From an uncultured delta proteobacterium (GTDB lineage: Bacteria; Myxococcota_A; Polyangia; Polyangiales; Polyangiaceae), in contig CAWKKR010000008.1 in NCBI GenBank assembly GCA_963850305.1, forward strand, positions 576,001 through 640,000: 64,000 nt of DNA. The letters run 5' to 3'. Under the pieces are notes generated by a model, which was given only the letters and a program-made list of their open reading frames with translations, had not been told where the DNA came from and did no database searches. Each line of letters begins with the position of its first letter. Position 1 is the first letter of the stretch. This document shows, piece by piece, positions 48,308 to 58,280 of the stretch. A program made the position numbers and the translations under genes.

Positions 48308-50283
48308 CCCGGAAGCTCGCCTCGATGGGCGCCCGTCGCGGCGCGGCTTGCCTGGTGCTGGTCGCGACGGCAGCGCGAGCCGCAGATGCGCCGCCGACCG
48401 ATGACGTCGTCGTACACGGCGCGCGACCGGCGGCAGGCCCGCGCGACGACACGGCCGCGTCCACCGTCGTTGCCGGAGAAGCGCTGGAGGCACCCGGCAC
48501 GAGCTCCGCGGACGTCCTCGCGCGCGTGCCCGGCGTCGAGGTCTCGCGCACGGGATCCTCGTCGGACCTGGCGACGGCGGCAATCCGCGGCGCGACCAGC
48601 GCCGAGACCCCTGTGTACCTCGCCGGCATCCGGCTGAACGACGACGTCACGGGTACGGCCGATCTGTCGACCATCCCGCTGTTCATGATCGATCGCGTCG
48701 AGGTGTACCGTGGCAACGCCCCGCTCGCCGCCGATCGGCTCGGCATCGGCGGGGCCGTCTTTTTCGAACCCCGGTTCCCGTCGAAGACCCAGGTCACCGC
48801 GGGGCTCGGCGCCGGCAGCTTCGGCGAGCGCGCAGCGTGGGCGACGGCCGCGGCGGGGGACGACCACGCGGCGGCGCTCTTCGCCATACGACACGACGGT
48901 GCCGAGAACGATTTCCCTTATCGCGACGACGACGGCAACGTGCTCACGCGGCACAACGCGGACTTCGAGGCGACCGATGCCTGGGCCCTCGCGCGCTTCA
49001 GGTTCGACGACGGGATCCGCGTCACGGCCCTCGCGCATGCGTACGACCGCGATCAGGGCTCGCCCGGTGTGGCTCCGCTCGAGAACGACGCGGCGCGCAC
49101 TCGCGTCGAACGACTTCAGGGCGCAGTCTCGGCGCGCATCCCGTGCGGACACGACGCGGCAGGCGTCGAGAGCTGCGCACTGGAACTCGTCACGAGCGGC
49201 ATTCACGCGACCTCCGTCGTGACCGACCCGCTCGGGACGCTCGTCGGCGGACCCTTCGTTGCGACGACCGGAGAGCGGCTCGAACAAGAGGCACGCGTGA
49301 CGGCACGCGCAGGCGACGCGTGGACGTTCGGCGGCTCCGCGGTCGTCTCGGACGAGCACATCGACCTTGCACGACCGTCCGCGACGACGCGCGCGGGCCG
49401 CATCACCCTGCGCCCCGCGGCGACCGCGTCGTTCCGCCCGATCTCGACCACGGAACTGGTCGCTACCGGGACGGTCGAGTGCCACTCCACCGCGTCCGGC
49501 GACGAGAGCACGAGCGCGTGCCCGTCGCCCGAGCCGTCCGGTCGCGTCGGACTGCGACAGACCCTCGGCAGTGCCGCCGAGCTGCGCGGGAACGTCGGTT
49601 ACTACGTCCGTGTCCCGACCCTCGGCGAGCTCTACGGCGTCTCCACCGTGGTCCGCGGCAATCCCGCCCTCGTCCCCGAGTCGGGCGCAACTGCTGACCT
49701 CGGCGTCCACGCGCACGGCGAAGCCGGACGTCTCGGCCTGAACGCGGACGTCTTCGGCTTCGCCCGGAGCGTCGAAGATCTCGTCGCATACCGGCAAAAC
49801 GTCCTCGGCGTGATCGTGCCTTACAACGTCGGTCACGCACGCGTCCTCGGCGCGGAGATCGCCGCGAGCGCCAACTGGTCGCGCTTCGTGCGCACCGAGC
49901 TCGCCGCCACGCTCATGGACCCCCGCGACACGACCCCCGATCGCACCGTCGCAAACGACATCTTACCGTTCCGGTCGCGACTCGTGCTCTCGGACTTCAC
50001 GGAACTCTACGCCGAGGACGGGGTTCCCCGGTTCGGCGTGAATCGAGCCTCCATCGGCGTTCGACTCACCGAGCGGACGTCGCGTTACGCGGATGAAGCC
50101 GGGCTCATCGTCATTCCCGAACAGACGATCTTCGACGTGGAAGGGTCGCTGCACTTCTGGAACCGACGGCTCGCCGTGCGCCTCGCCGTGCGCGACGTCT
50201 TCGACGCGCGCGAGGTCGACGCAATCGGTCTTCCGCTCCCCGGTCGCGGCGCGTACGCCAGCCTGGAGGCTCGGGTCCCATGA
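48304..50283 (+). CDS. TonB-dependent receptor (BtuB-like)
   Basis: TonB-box-like DVVVHG; plug VPGVEV..IRG..DLSTIP..IDRVEVYRG; PTLGELYG..GNPALVPE; PLPGR C-terminus. Confidence 0.9.
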   Translation: MTRKLASMGARRGAACLVLVATAARAADAPPTDDVVVHGARPAAGPRDDTAASTVVAGEALEAPGTSSADVLARVPGVEVSRTGSSSDLATAAIRGATSAETPVYLAGIRLNDDVTGTADLSTIPLFMIDRVEVYRGNAPLAADRLGIGGAVFFEPRFPSKTQVTAGLGAGSFGERAAWATAAAGDDHAAALFAIRHDGAENDFPYRDDDGNVLTRHNADFEATDAWALARFRFDDGIRVTALAHAYDRDQGSPGVAPLENDAARTRVERLQGAVSARIPCGHDAAGVESCALELVTSGIHATSVVTDPLGTLVGGPFVATTGERLEQEARVTARAGDAWTFGGSAVVSDEHIDLARPSATTRAGRITLRPAATASFRPISTTELVATGTVECHSTASGDESTSACPSPEPSGRVGLRQTLGSAAELRGNVGYYVRVPTLGELYGVSTVVRGNPALVPESGATADLGVHAHGEAGRLGLNADVFGFARSVEDLVAYRQNVLGVIVPYNVGHARVLGAEIAASANWSRFVRTELAATLMDPRDTTPDRTVANDILPFRSRLVLSDFTELYAEDGVPRFGVNRASIGVRLTERTSRYADEAGLIVIPEQTIFDVEGSLHFWNRRLAVRLAVRDVFDAREVDAIGLPLPGRGAYASLEARVP

Positions 50284-51560
50284 AACGCGTCTCACTCACC
50301 TTGTGCCTCGTCGCGTGCAACGTGCCCGTGCCGCACGGCTCTCACGGAGTCACGATTGACGGCGGCGCGGATGCGTCCAGCTCGAGGGACGGCTCCGCCG
50401 GCGCGTGCGGCCGCGGCATCGTGGTCGTCGAGCAAGGGAGCGGGTTCGCATCGACCAACGTCGGCCTCGTCGCTGCCGACGGCACCGTGCTGTCCGGTTC
50501 GATCGCGTCGAGCGCAACGGCGTCCGTCGGGCTCTCAGCGCCGCTCAGCGGCGACGTCGTCCCTCCGACGGATCCGGTGCTCGGCAGCGAGATTGTCCTC
50601 ATCGATCAAGCTCAAAGCACCAACCGTATCGTCTGGGTCGACGTCGCGACCGCCGCGCGCCGCACGCTCTCCGTCGAGACCGGCTTCTGGTCGGATCCTT
50701 CGGACTATGTCCAGCTCTCGCCGCACAAGGCGTACGTCCCCCGCCTGGGTCAGAACGCGACCCCGGGCGAGCAACCCTTCGACATGGGGAGCGACGTCCT
50801 GGTCGTCGATCCGACGTCGCTCGCCGTCACGGGTTCCATAAATCTGCGTCCGGCACTCGGAAGCGACGCCTCGGACGCGCTTCCGGACGCAAACAAGATC
50901 ACCGTCGTGAAAGGCCGGGCCTTCGTCCTGCTCGGGGCCCTGGCTCCGGAAACCTTCTCGGCGAGCATCCCCTCGCGTCTCGTGACGCTCGACGTGGAAA
51001 CGGATGCCATCACGAGCGTCCTCACTCTCGACGGCTTCGAGAACTGCACCGGCCTCGCGACGTCTCCTTCCCAGAATACACTCGCGATCTTCTGCTCTGG
51101 CGAAGGCAGCATCCAGAACGATCCCACGGACGTCACGGGCTCCGGCATCGTCGTGCTCGACATCTCCGGCACCCCGCGGATGACTTCCAGCATCCCCGCG
51201 GCTCGCATCGGCAACAATCGTGTGGGCTTCTACGGCGACTTCGCGTCGGAAGACGCGCTCGTGGTCCAGACCTTCGGCTACACCGACGCTACCTCGGGCG
51301 TCACTCTCTCGACGGACACCCTGAATCGCATCGAGCTCGCGACGGGCACGTCCGAGCTCGTCCTAGACGGCGATCCGTTCACGATCGGCGGAGTGGCCTG
51401 TCTGCCGGATTGTGGCACGTGCTTCGTCGCCGACGCCGGTCGACAGGGCGGGATCGTGCACCGCTTCGCCCTCGACGCGGCCGGCGAGCTCTCCGACGAC
51501 ACGCCCATCAAAGTCGAAACGAACCCCGGATTGCCCCCGCAGACGCTCGGCAAGTTCTGA
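50280..51560 (+). CDS. B12-regulated lipoprotein, probable beta-propeller
   Basis: LVAC lipobox; KAYV.R, VLVVDP...TGSINL, GLPP terminus; coupled to the receptor gene. Confidence 0.8.
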   Translation: MKRVSLTLCLVACNVPVPHGSHGVTIDGGADASSSRDGSAGACGRGIVVVEQGSGFASTNVGLVAADGTVLSGSIASSATASVGLSAPLSGDVVPPTDPVLGSEIVLIDQAQSTNRIVWVDVATAARRTLSVETGFWSDPSDYVQLSPHKAYVPRLGQNATPGEQPFDMGSDVLVVDPTSLAVTGSINLRPALGSDASDALPDANKITVVKGRAFVLLGALAPETFSASIPSRLVTLDVETDAITSVLTLDGFENCTGLATSPSQNTLAIFCSGEGSIQNDPTDVTGSGIVVLDISGTPRMTSSIPAARIGNNRVGFYGDFASEDALVVQTFGYTDATSGVTLSTDTLNRIELATGTSELVLDGDPFTIGGVACLPDCGTCFVADAGRQGGIVHRFALDAAGELSDDTPIKVETNPGLPPQTLGKF

Positions 51561-51604
51561 CGGCCAACGGCACGCGAGCACTCGTCGTCAGCGCGTGTGC
51601 GAGC

Positions 51605-52285
51605 TTACGGCAGGGTCTTCGTCGCGTCGCTGCCCTGCCCGTTCAGGCGAAACCCGCTACTCTTGGACGATGGCGTGGGAGGTGCGCTCGCCGACGACAG
51701 GTGAGTCACCTGGCATCGCTCGCCGTGACCGCCGGCGGCGCGGCCGTACGGGAGCTTGGCGTCGACCGGGCGGATGTAGACCTGCCCGTTACCGATCGGA
51801 TGCGGAATGATCGCGCCGCTCGCCACGGGCCTGCCCGGCGCCGCTCGCTCCACGACCACCACGATGTCGTTGCCCCTCTGCTCGTAGCCCCAGTACGACG
51901 CCCCGAGCGCGTCCGCTCCCGCGGCAGAGCAACTCACCCCAGCCGAGGTCAGCGCGACGGCAAACTCCGTATCAGGATTCGTGTGGGGGACCTGGCCCGC
52001 CCATTTGAACGTCGGATCGTCCGGCTGCCCCACTGCAACAGCGAGGCACTCACAGGTCGCGTTCGCGGGACCCGCGTAAGTCAGATCCTGTCGCGCGCCG
52101 AGCAACGCCGTCTCGGCGGGCGGCGCCTCGTACGTCCTGGTATCGGCCGCGGCGCTCGTATCGAGCGGCTTGTCGAAGTCCGCCACCTCGGCCTGCGATT
52201 TCGCGGGCGAATTGGCTTCGTGCTCGCCGGATTCGGCACAGGCGACCGCAAGCAACACGAGACCGGGGACCAGGAAAAGCCTCAC
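51605..52285 (-). CDS. Hypothetical lipoprotein
   Basis: LAVAC lipobox; CECLAVAVG, ASYWGY...DIVVVVE. Confidence 0.75.
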   Translation of the reverse strand: MRLFLVPGLVLLAVACAESGEHEANSPAKSQAEVADFDKPLDTSAAADTRTYEAPPAETALLGARQDLTYAGPANATCECLAVAVGQPDDPTFKWAGQVPHTNPDTEFAVALTSAGVSCSAAGADALGASYWGYEQRGNDIVVVVERAAPGRPVASGAIIPHPIGNGQVYIRPVDAKLPYGRAAGGHGERCQVTHLSSASAPPTPSSKSSGFRLNGQGSDATKTLP

Positions 52286-52381
52286 GAACGAAAGCGTGGC
52301 ACCGGCCCTGCCCGGCGGGCAAACTTTCGAGCGCGGGGGGTCTGGAAGGGCGCGGGGAAAGCCAAGCCGGACGGGACAACG

Positions 52382-52486
52382 TTGCAACCAGTAGCGGCGA
52401 TGGCACTCATCGCCGCCCTGGCTGCGGCCTGCGTCCAGGTCGGCTCGCGCTTGTCTCAGCCAGGCCTTCAGTTGCTCGTCGGCCAT
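52382..52486 (-). pseudogene. N-terminal fragment of a HEPN-type toxin
   Basis: MADEQLKAWLRQARADLDAGR...CHRRYWLQ fits the W...A..DL..A HEPN start; the sequence then breaks. Confidence 0.5.
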
Positions 52487-52490
52487 CCGA

Positions 52491-52765
52491 TCAGGCGGCG
52501 TGCGACAGCTCGCGTGCGAGCTCGACGAGGGGCTTCGCGTCGCCGCGATCGAGCATCACCCGCCCGTCGAGCACGGCGCGCGCCAGATCCGGTTTGCGGC
52601 GCAGCGCGGCCTCGAGGCTTTGTCGATTGCCGGCTATGAGCGCGAGAGGGAATCTGAACCCGACGCCGGGGCTGAAGAACGTCGGCTCGTCAACCTTCTC
52701 GTCATCGCTCATCGTGGGGATCACCTCGACGAGCCAGACCTCCGCGGCCCCCGTGTTTATCCAGA
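52491..52765 (-). pseudogene. 5'-truncated partner gene (probable antitoxin) of the HEPN fragment
   Basis: AIWINTGAAEVWLVEVIPTMS...LSHAA*, ending 4 nt before the HEPN ATG. Confidence 0.4.
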
Positions 52766-52867
52766 TTGCGCGGCCCGCTCGCGGAGGCGCTCCGCGCCGT
52801 TGCGAAGGCCCTTGCGGACCTGCCTGTCCCGGGCGTGCTGATCGGCGGCATGGCCGTCATCGCCCGG
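52757..52867 (+). pseudogene. N-terminal fragment of a nucleotidyltransferase (DUF6036/AbiEii-like)
   Basis: LAEALRAVAKALADLPVPGVLIGGMAVIAR resembles the IGG.A motif of 54446-55015. Confidence 0.5.
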
Positions 52868-52893
52868 CACGAACGTTGCTGCGAACCCCTTGC

Positions 52894-53649
52894 ATGAAAG
52901 GCACGAACGTCGTGTTGCGGTTCGCAGTCGCCGTTGTGGTGCTCTCCGCACCCGCGCGTGCCGCATCTGCGAGCGCGGACTTTCCCGACGAGCCAATGCC
53001 GGCCGCATCGAGCGCAGCGCCGGCTCCGCCGACGCTGCCTGAAGTTCCCGTGCAGCTCCCTCCTCGAGCGCGGCCGCCCTCGTCGCCGGCTACAGCCGCC
53101 CCAGCGCTGACGACGGTTGAGCCAGCGGTCCCGCGCGCGCAGATCGACGGTCGGCTCGCCTTGGCCGTGGCCGTGGACAACAGCATCTACGCCTTGACGC
53201 AAGTCGACGCCACCTACCGTATCCTTCCGTTTCTTCTCGTCGGCGGGTACGTCGAGCACCCGTTCGTGTTGACGGTCAATGACGATGAATTTTGTGGGAA
53301 TGGCGGAGTCTGTCCGGTGAACTACTTCGCGTTCGGCCCTCGCGTGGAACTGCAACCGTTCCCCGAATCGATCGTCGGACCTTGGCTCGGCGCCTCACTC
53401 GGCCTAGCACTGCTCGACGGACTAGCAGCGAAGGTGGCCGCGGCGCTCGAAACGACCTTCGATGTCGGGGTGGAGATTCGCCCCGTCAAAGCATTGGCGA
53501 TCGGCCCTTACCTGGCGACGAAGGTATTTCTCACCGATCCCTACAAGATCGAGCCCGAGAACCCTTCCCCAGAATACAACGGGGTGGTTTCACTGGGGGT
53601 GGTTTCACTGGGGGTCCGCGCGGCGGTCCGCGCGGCGGGGCGGTTATAA
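52894..53649 (+). CDS. Outer-membrane beta-barrel-like protein
   Basis: Signal peptide, Pro-rich linker, amphipathic strands (FGPRVEL.P, PWLGASLG, LAIGPY). Confidence 0.7.
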   Translation: MKGTNVVLRFAVAVVVLSAPARAASASADFPDEPMPAASSAAPAPPTLPEVPVQLPPRARPPSSPATAAPALTTVEPAVPRAQIDGRLALAVAVDNSIYALTQVDATYRILPFLLVGGYVEHPFVLTVNDDEFCGNGGVCPVNYFAFGPRVELQPFPESIVGPWLGASLGLALLDGLAAKVAAALETTFDVGVEIRPVKALAIGPYLATKVFLTDPYKIEPENPSPEYNGVVSLGVVSLGVRAAVRAAGRL

Positions 53650-54201
53650 CGGGCCGCGACTTGGGCTGCTTGCGGTTTCCCTCGCCGAGCACTTGCGCTC
53701 CATCAGCCAGCTCGAGGCAAGCCGGCTCCTAAACCTGAGCATGGGCACTAGCCTGGTGTCACGGACCGGGTATCGGTTGCACGAACCCGGCATCCACGCC
53801 GGTCCCCGGAGGAGACCGAAGCCGCTGCGGTCTGCGCCGGTGGAAGGCACGCTGCCCGGGCCGCCGACGCCCGTCGTGCAGCCGGGCGGATCTAGGCTTG
53901 CCCAGGTTACCGCCCCGCCGCAACGCTGACCCGTTTCCGACCGTCCGATCGTCTCGACTCCGTACACCGCTGTCGGGTTCCCGCACACTCGGATTTTATT
54001 CCCGCGTTCGAGATCCTTCGACCAGGGCAACGTCCGACGCGCCAGCCGGATCGCGTGCGACGCGCTCGTCGCTTCGCGGTGGCCCCGTCTTTGCTATGTC
54101 CCTCGCGTCCATATCGAGAGCAATTTCGCTCCCGGAGGCACTCACCGGGGACGCGGCGCCCCCCTCACGGCGTCGCGTGCGGATCTGCTACGCTCCAGAG
54201 C

Positions 54202-54456
54202 ATGTTGACGCGCCTGCCGGGCTGGGTGGTCGACGACGTGACGTCGGTGCGCGCCGAGGTCGCGGAGTGGGCGCGGCTGACCGCGGCGGAGCGCTGGCAG
54301 CTTGCCCGGCTGTGCGCGCGCGATGCACTCTGGGCGGCGCGAGCGAGCGGTCATCCGGAGCGCGTCCTGGAGCAGACCGATCCGCTCCCGGCGAGCACGG
54401 TCGCCGCCCTGTCGCGTCTGAGAAGGGACGCAGGCTGGGGCAACGGTGGTCGCTGA
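54202..54456 (+). CDS. Small protein, putative antitoxin partner of the nucleotidyltransferase
   Basis: 84 aa, T.AERW motif, overlaps the next gene. Confidence 0.65.
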   Translation: MLTRLPGWVVDDVTSVRAEVAEWARLTAAERWQLARLCARDALWAARASGHPERVLEQTDPLPASTVAALSRLRRDAGWGNGGR

Positions 54457-55015
54457 GCGGAGCGCCGTAGAGGCGGCGCAGCGCATCGCGGACGCGCTCG
54501 AGCAGGCCGGGATCTCTCACGCCATCGGTGGGGCGCTGGCCCTGGCGGTCGCCGGGGTACCGCGGGGTACCGCGGACGTCGACGTGAACGTGTTCGTTTC
54601 GGGCGATCGCGTCCTGGGTGCGATCGAGATATTCCGCGCGCTCGGGGTCGGCATCGATTCTGCGGCTGCAGTCACGCGGGCAGAACGGGAAGGGATGTTC
54701 GTCGGGCGCTGGGATGGGATGCGCATCGACGTGTTCCTTCCCAGCATACCGTTCGCGCGAGAAGCCGAGCTCACCCGCATTCGCGTGACGGACGGGACGG
54801 GGTGGTCCGGATGGTTTCTCTCCGCGGAAGCGTTGACGATCTTCAAGCTGCTCTTCTTCCGGAGCAAAGACATCGTCGACCTCGAACGGCTCATCGCGGT
54901 GCGTCCCGAGCTCGATCGCGCCTACGTCCGCCGCTGGATCGTCGAGATGATGGGCGAGGACGACGAGCGCACGGCCAAGTGGGACGAGCTCGTGGCGCTT
55001 TTCGCGCCGGCCTGA
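54446..55015 (+). CDS. Nucleotidyltransferase (DUF6036/AbiEii-like), putative toxin
   Basis: AIGGALAL..AG.PRGT.DVD, E.L.IFKL...R.KD..D. Confidence 0.8.
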   Translation: MVAERSAVEAAQRIADALEQAGISHAIGGALALAVAGVPRGTADVDVNVFVSGDRVLGAIEIFRALGVGIDSAAAVTRAEREGMFVGRWDGMRIDVFLPSIPFAREAELTRIRVTDGTGWSGWFLSAEALTIFKLLFFRSKDIVDLERLIAVRPELDRAYVRRWIVEMMGEDDERTAKWDELVALFAPA

Positions 55016-55052
55016 GCGGGCATACCGGCGAGCCACGAGTGGACGGCTTCCC

Positions 55053-55880
55053 ATGCTGCTCATCGTCTCGACTCTTCTCGCGCTCGCTGTCGGGGCTGGC
55101 TTCGTGGGCGCGCTGTCGGGGCTCGGCGGCGGGGTGTTCATCGTGCCGGCTCTGGTCATCGTCGCGCACTTGCCGATGCACGTCGCGGTCGGCGCGAGTC
55201 TCATCTCGGTGGTCGCCACGAGCGCCGGCGCGAGCGTCGCGTTCGTCAAGGACGGCTGGACACACCTGAAGATCGCGATGGTCCTCGAGTGCGCGACCGT
55301 GACCGGCGCCGTCCTCGGCGCTTACGCGACAGGGCTCGTACCCGCCGTCGTGCTCGAGCTGCTCTTCTCGGCAATGATGCTCGTGTCTGCGTACTTCAGC
55401 CTGAAGAAGCACGACGAGAGCGGCGTGCCCGTCGGGGATCCGATCGCGCGACGCCTCGGCCTCGTGGGCGACGTGCCGGGCGAAGACGGCAAGCCCCTTC
55501 ACTTCGAAGCGGTGCGCTTGCCCGGCGGCGCCGCGCTGATGGTCGTCGCAGGCCTGCTCTCCGGGATGCTCGGCATCGGTGCGGGCGCCGTCAAAGTAGT
55601 CGCGATGGACCACGTCATGCGCTTGCCGCTGAAGGTCTCGAGCGCGACGAGCAACTTCATGATCGGAGTCACCGCGGGAGCCGGCGCGCTCGTGTTCCTC
55701 GCACGCGGCGACATCTCGACGACCATCGCCGCGCCGGTTGCCGTCGGTGTCACCGCCGGTGCGCTCGTGGGAGGCCGTCTCCTGCCCCACGCGAACCTCA
55801 AGAGATTGCGGCTCGGCTTCGTCGTCGTACTGTTCCTCGTCGCCGTCGAAATGGGCTGGCGCGCCCTGAGCGGGATCTGA
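55053..55880 (+). CDS. TauE/SafE family sulfite exporter
   Basis: GLGGGVFIVP, AVGASL.SV.ATS, SG.LGIG.G, KVSSATSNFMIGVTA. Confidence 0.9.
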   Translation: MLLIVSTLLALAVGAGFVGALSGLGGGVFIVPALVIVAHLPMHVAVGASLISVVATSAGASVAFVKDGWTHLKIAMVLECATVTGAVLGAYATGLVPAVVLELLFSAMMLVSAYFSLKKHDESGVPVGDPIARRLGLVGDVPGEDGKPLHFEAVRLPGGAALMVVAGLLSGMLGIGAGAVKVVAMDHVMRLPLKVSSATSNFMIGVTAGAGALVFLARGDISTTIAAPVAVGVTAGALVGGRLLPHANLKRLRLGFVVVLFLVAVEMGWRALSGI

Positions 55881-56297
55881 ATGACCCTACCGCCCTCCGA
55901 AGCATCCAGCGACGCCTCCGCCGTGGAAGAACGCATCCTCCGCACCTGGACGCCCGTGCTCCTGCGCGGCATTCTCGCGACGTCGATCACCCTCATCGTG
56001 ACCGGCCTCGTCTCGATGGCGGTCCGCGTTCCTGGTGACTACGTCGAGCACTACGAGCGCGTCAAAGCCGGACATCTCCATCAGCGGGAGCACGTCCTCG
56101 ATCTTTTGGCCGGCGCCGCGCACGGCGACCCTTACGCCCTCCTGGCAACGGGCCTCTTCGTGCTCACGCTCGTCCCCCTCGCCCGGGTCGTGTTCTGCTT
56201 CCTGCTATTCGTGAAGATGCGGGACCTCACCTACGTCCTCTTCACGGCGTACGTGCTCCTGGGGCTCGCAGTGGGGATCGTGCTCGGACAGGTGTGA
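55881..56297 (+). CDS. DUF1634-like membrane protein
   Basis: Three TM helices, G...L...P..RV...F...RD; usual partner of this TauE clade. Confidence 0.75.
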   Translation: MTLPPSEASSDASAVEERILRTWTPVLLRGILATSITLIVTGLVSMAVRVPGDYVEHYERVKAGHLHQREHVLDLLAGAAHGDPYALLATGLFVLTLVPLARVVFCFLLFVKMRDLTYVLFTAYVLLGLAVGIVLGQV

Positions 56298-56444
56298 GCG
56301 GAGATCGCGCCACCTCCGCGGCATTTCACGGAGTGACTCGGCGAGCGAAGACGGTGCAGAAGGAAGGCCCTGACGAGCGCCGCGAAACCCGCGCGCGTTT
56401 CGATCGGGACGCCGCTCTGCGCGGCCGCTATCGTGTCGGGTCCC

Positions 56445-57766
56445 ATGCCACCGGAAGGCTTCGATTGCGTCATCGTGGGCGCGCGCTGCGCGGGAGCGCC
56501 TCTCGCGACGCACCTTGCTCGTGCGGGGATGCGAGTGTGTATGCTCGACGCGGACAAGATCCCGAGCGACCAGCCCTTTTCCACTCACGCCATTTCGTCT
56601 CTCGGCATGGATCTCCTGGACGAGCTCGGCGTCGGAGAGAAGATCCGTCGCGTCGCGCCCATCGTGCAGAGAGGGCGCATCGCCGTCGGCTCTGCCGTCG
56701 TGGACATGCCGCTGCCCGAGAGCCGGGCCATGTACTGTCCACGGCGTTCGGTCCTGGACCCGCTCCTCAGCGAGGCCGCGACCTCCGCCGGCGCGGTGCT
56801 CCACGACGAGACTGCCGTGCTCGACGTGATCCGGGAAGGCGAGCGCGTCGTCGGCGTTCGCGCCAGGCACGGCTCGGGGACGCGCGAGATCCGCGCGCGC
56901 GTCGTCGTGGGCGCCGACGGACGAAACTCCACCATCGCGAAGCGCGTCGGCGCGGGGGAGTATCACGCCGCCGACGGCGAGCGCGGCGGGTACTGGACCT
57001 ATTTCCGATCACGAAGAAATTCAGCGATCTGCCGTTTCAGACCAGCATCGAGATCAACGGCACGAGCGCCCGCTTCGCGTTCCGGACGGACTCGGACCTC
57101 GTCATCGCGGGCGCGCTGGATCGCCCGAGCGTGGCAAGGGGATGGGCGAAGGACCCCTGGCCGCACGTCATGGCGTCGCTCGCGAGCTCGAGCACCTTGC
57201 GTCACCTGGTCGAGAACAACGCGCCCGCGTCTCGATGGATCGGGATCTTGAAGGGGCACTGGTATTTCCGGGAGCCTGTCGGTCCGGGCTGGGCTCTCGT
57301 CGGTGATGCCGGCCTCCACAAAGATCCGACGCCTGGCTACGGCATCACCGACGCGCTCCGCGACGCGAAGGCGCTCGGCCGCGCCATCCTCGACGGACGC
57401 GAAGCCGCGATGGAAGTGTACTGGCGGCGGCGCGACGTCGAGTCCCTCCCCTTTTACGAGAACGCGCTCCTCATGGGGGCCCTCGACTACGACAATCCCC
57501 TGAACGAGCTCATCCTGTCGAAGGCGAGCGAGAGCCCCGCGATGGTCGACCGGCTCCGGCTCACGTTCGAGCGCAAACTATCGCCGTTCGACGCAATCCC
57601 TGCGTGGCGAGTGCTCGCCTGGGCGGGCGGCGCGCTCGTGCGCGGAAAGACCGAGATCCTCCCGCACCTCGCGACCGCCATGCGGCGAAACGCGCGCGTT
57701 CAAAAGGAGCTCGCGATCCGACGCACCCTGCTCGAGCGCGCCGAGGCGACGCTCGCGGCGTCGTGA
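56445..57766 (+). CDS. FAD-dependent oxidoreductase (geranylgeranyl-reductase/halogenase-like), frameshift near 57005
   Basis: IVGARCAGA, R..LD..L, VVGADGRNS, GPGWALVGDAG..KDP..G.GITDA. Confidence 0.85.
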
Positions 57767-57871
57767 CCACAGTGCGCGTGGTCCCGGCGGGCACACGACG
57801 CGCCATGCCGAGCCTCCGGTTCCTCGCGGCGGGCTCGAGACTCGCGCCGCCGAACGAGGAGCGAAGTGTCT

Positions 57872-58276
57872 TCACACGCTGCGAACGAACTCCGAGCCCA
57901 CGTGGTAGCGCGCCATGTCTTCGGCGTCGCTCGTCCAGACGAGGCTCCGCGTCGACCGTGTGGTGAGCGCCACGTGAGCGTCCACTATGTCGGGCTTCTG
58001 CAGCGCGGGCAGGCGGAGGCTCGCAATGAACTCGCCAATCTCTCGTGCAGAGCGCTCGTCCACCTGGACTACCGAACATGGCTGCTTGAGCAACCGCGCC
58101 AGCGAAGCGTTTCGAGGCCCGCCGCGCCACGACTGTGCGAGCGCCCCGGCCGGGATTCGGATCGGCAACCCGAGGTCGTGGGCCCTTTCGAGATCAGCGA
58201 GCAGCCTGATCGGGCGAGCCTCGAGAGCCTGCAGTGCACCGGCGTCGAGCACGAGCCCCGGCGACGAGTCAGCCAC
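57872..58276 (-). CDS. PIN-domain toxin (VapC-like)
   Basis: LVLDAGAL, P.GALAQ.WRG, DIVDAHV, WTSD.ED. Confidence 0.85.
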   Translation of the reverse strand: MADSSPGLVLDAGALQALEARPIRLLADLERAHDLGLPIRIPAGALAQSWRGGPRNASLARLLKQPCSVVQVDERSAREIGEFIASLRLPALQKPDIVDAHVALTTRSTRSLVWTSDAEDMARYHVGSEFVRSV

Positions 58277-58280
58277 TCGA

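Noticed and set aside
51605..52486. HEPN-lipoprotein fusion as given by the ORF track
   Set aside because: The lipoprotein has its own signal peptide and promoter-like box at 52285-52301; the HEPN fragment is in frame by chance.
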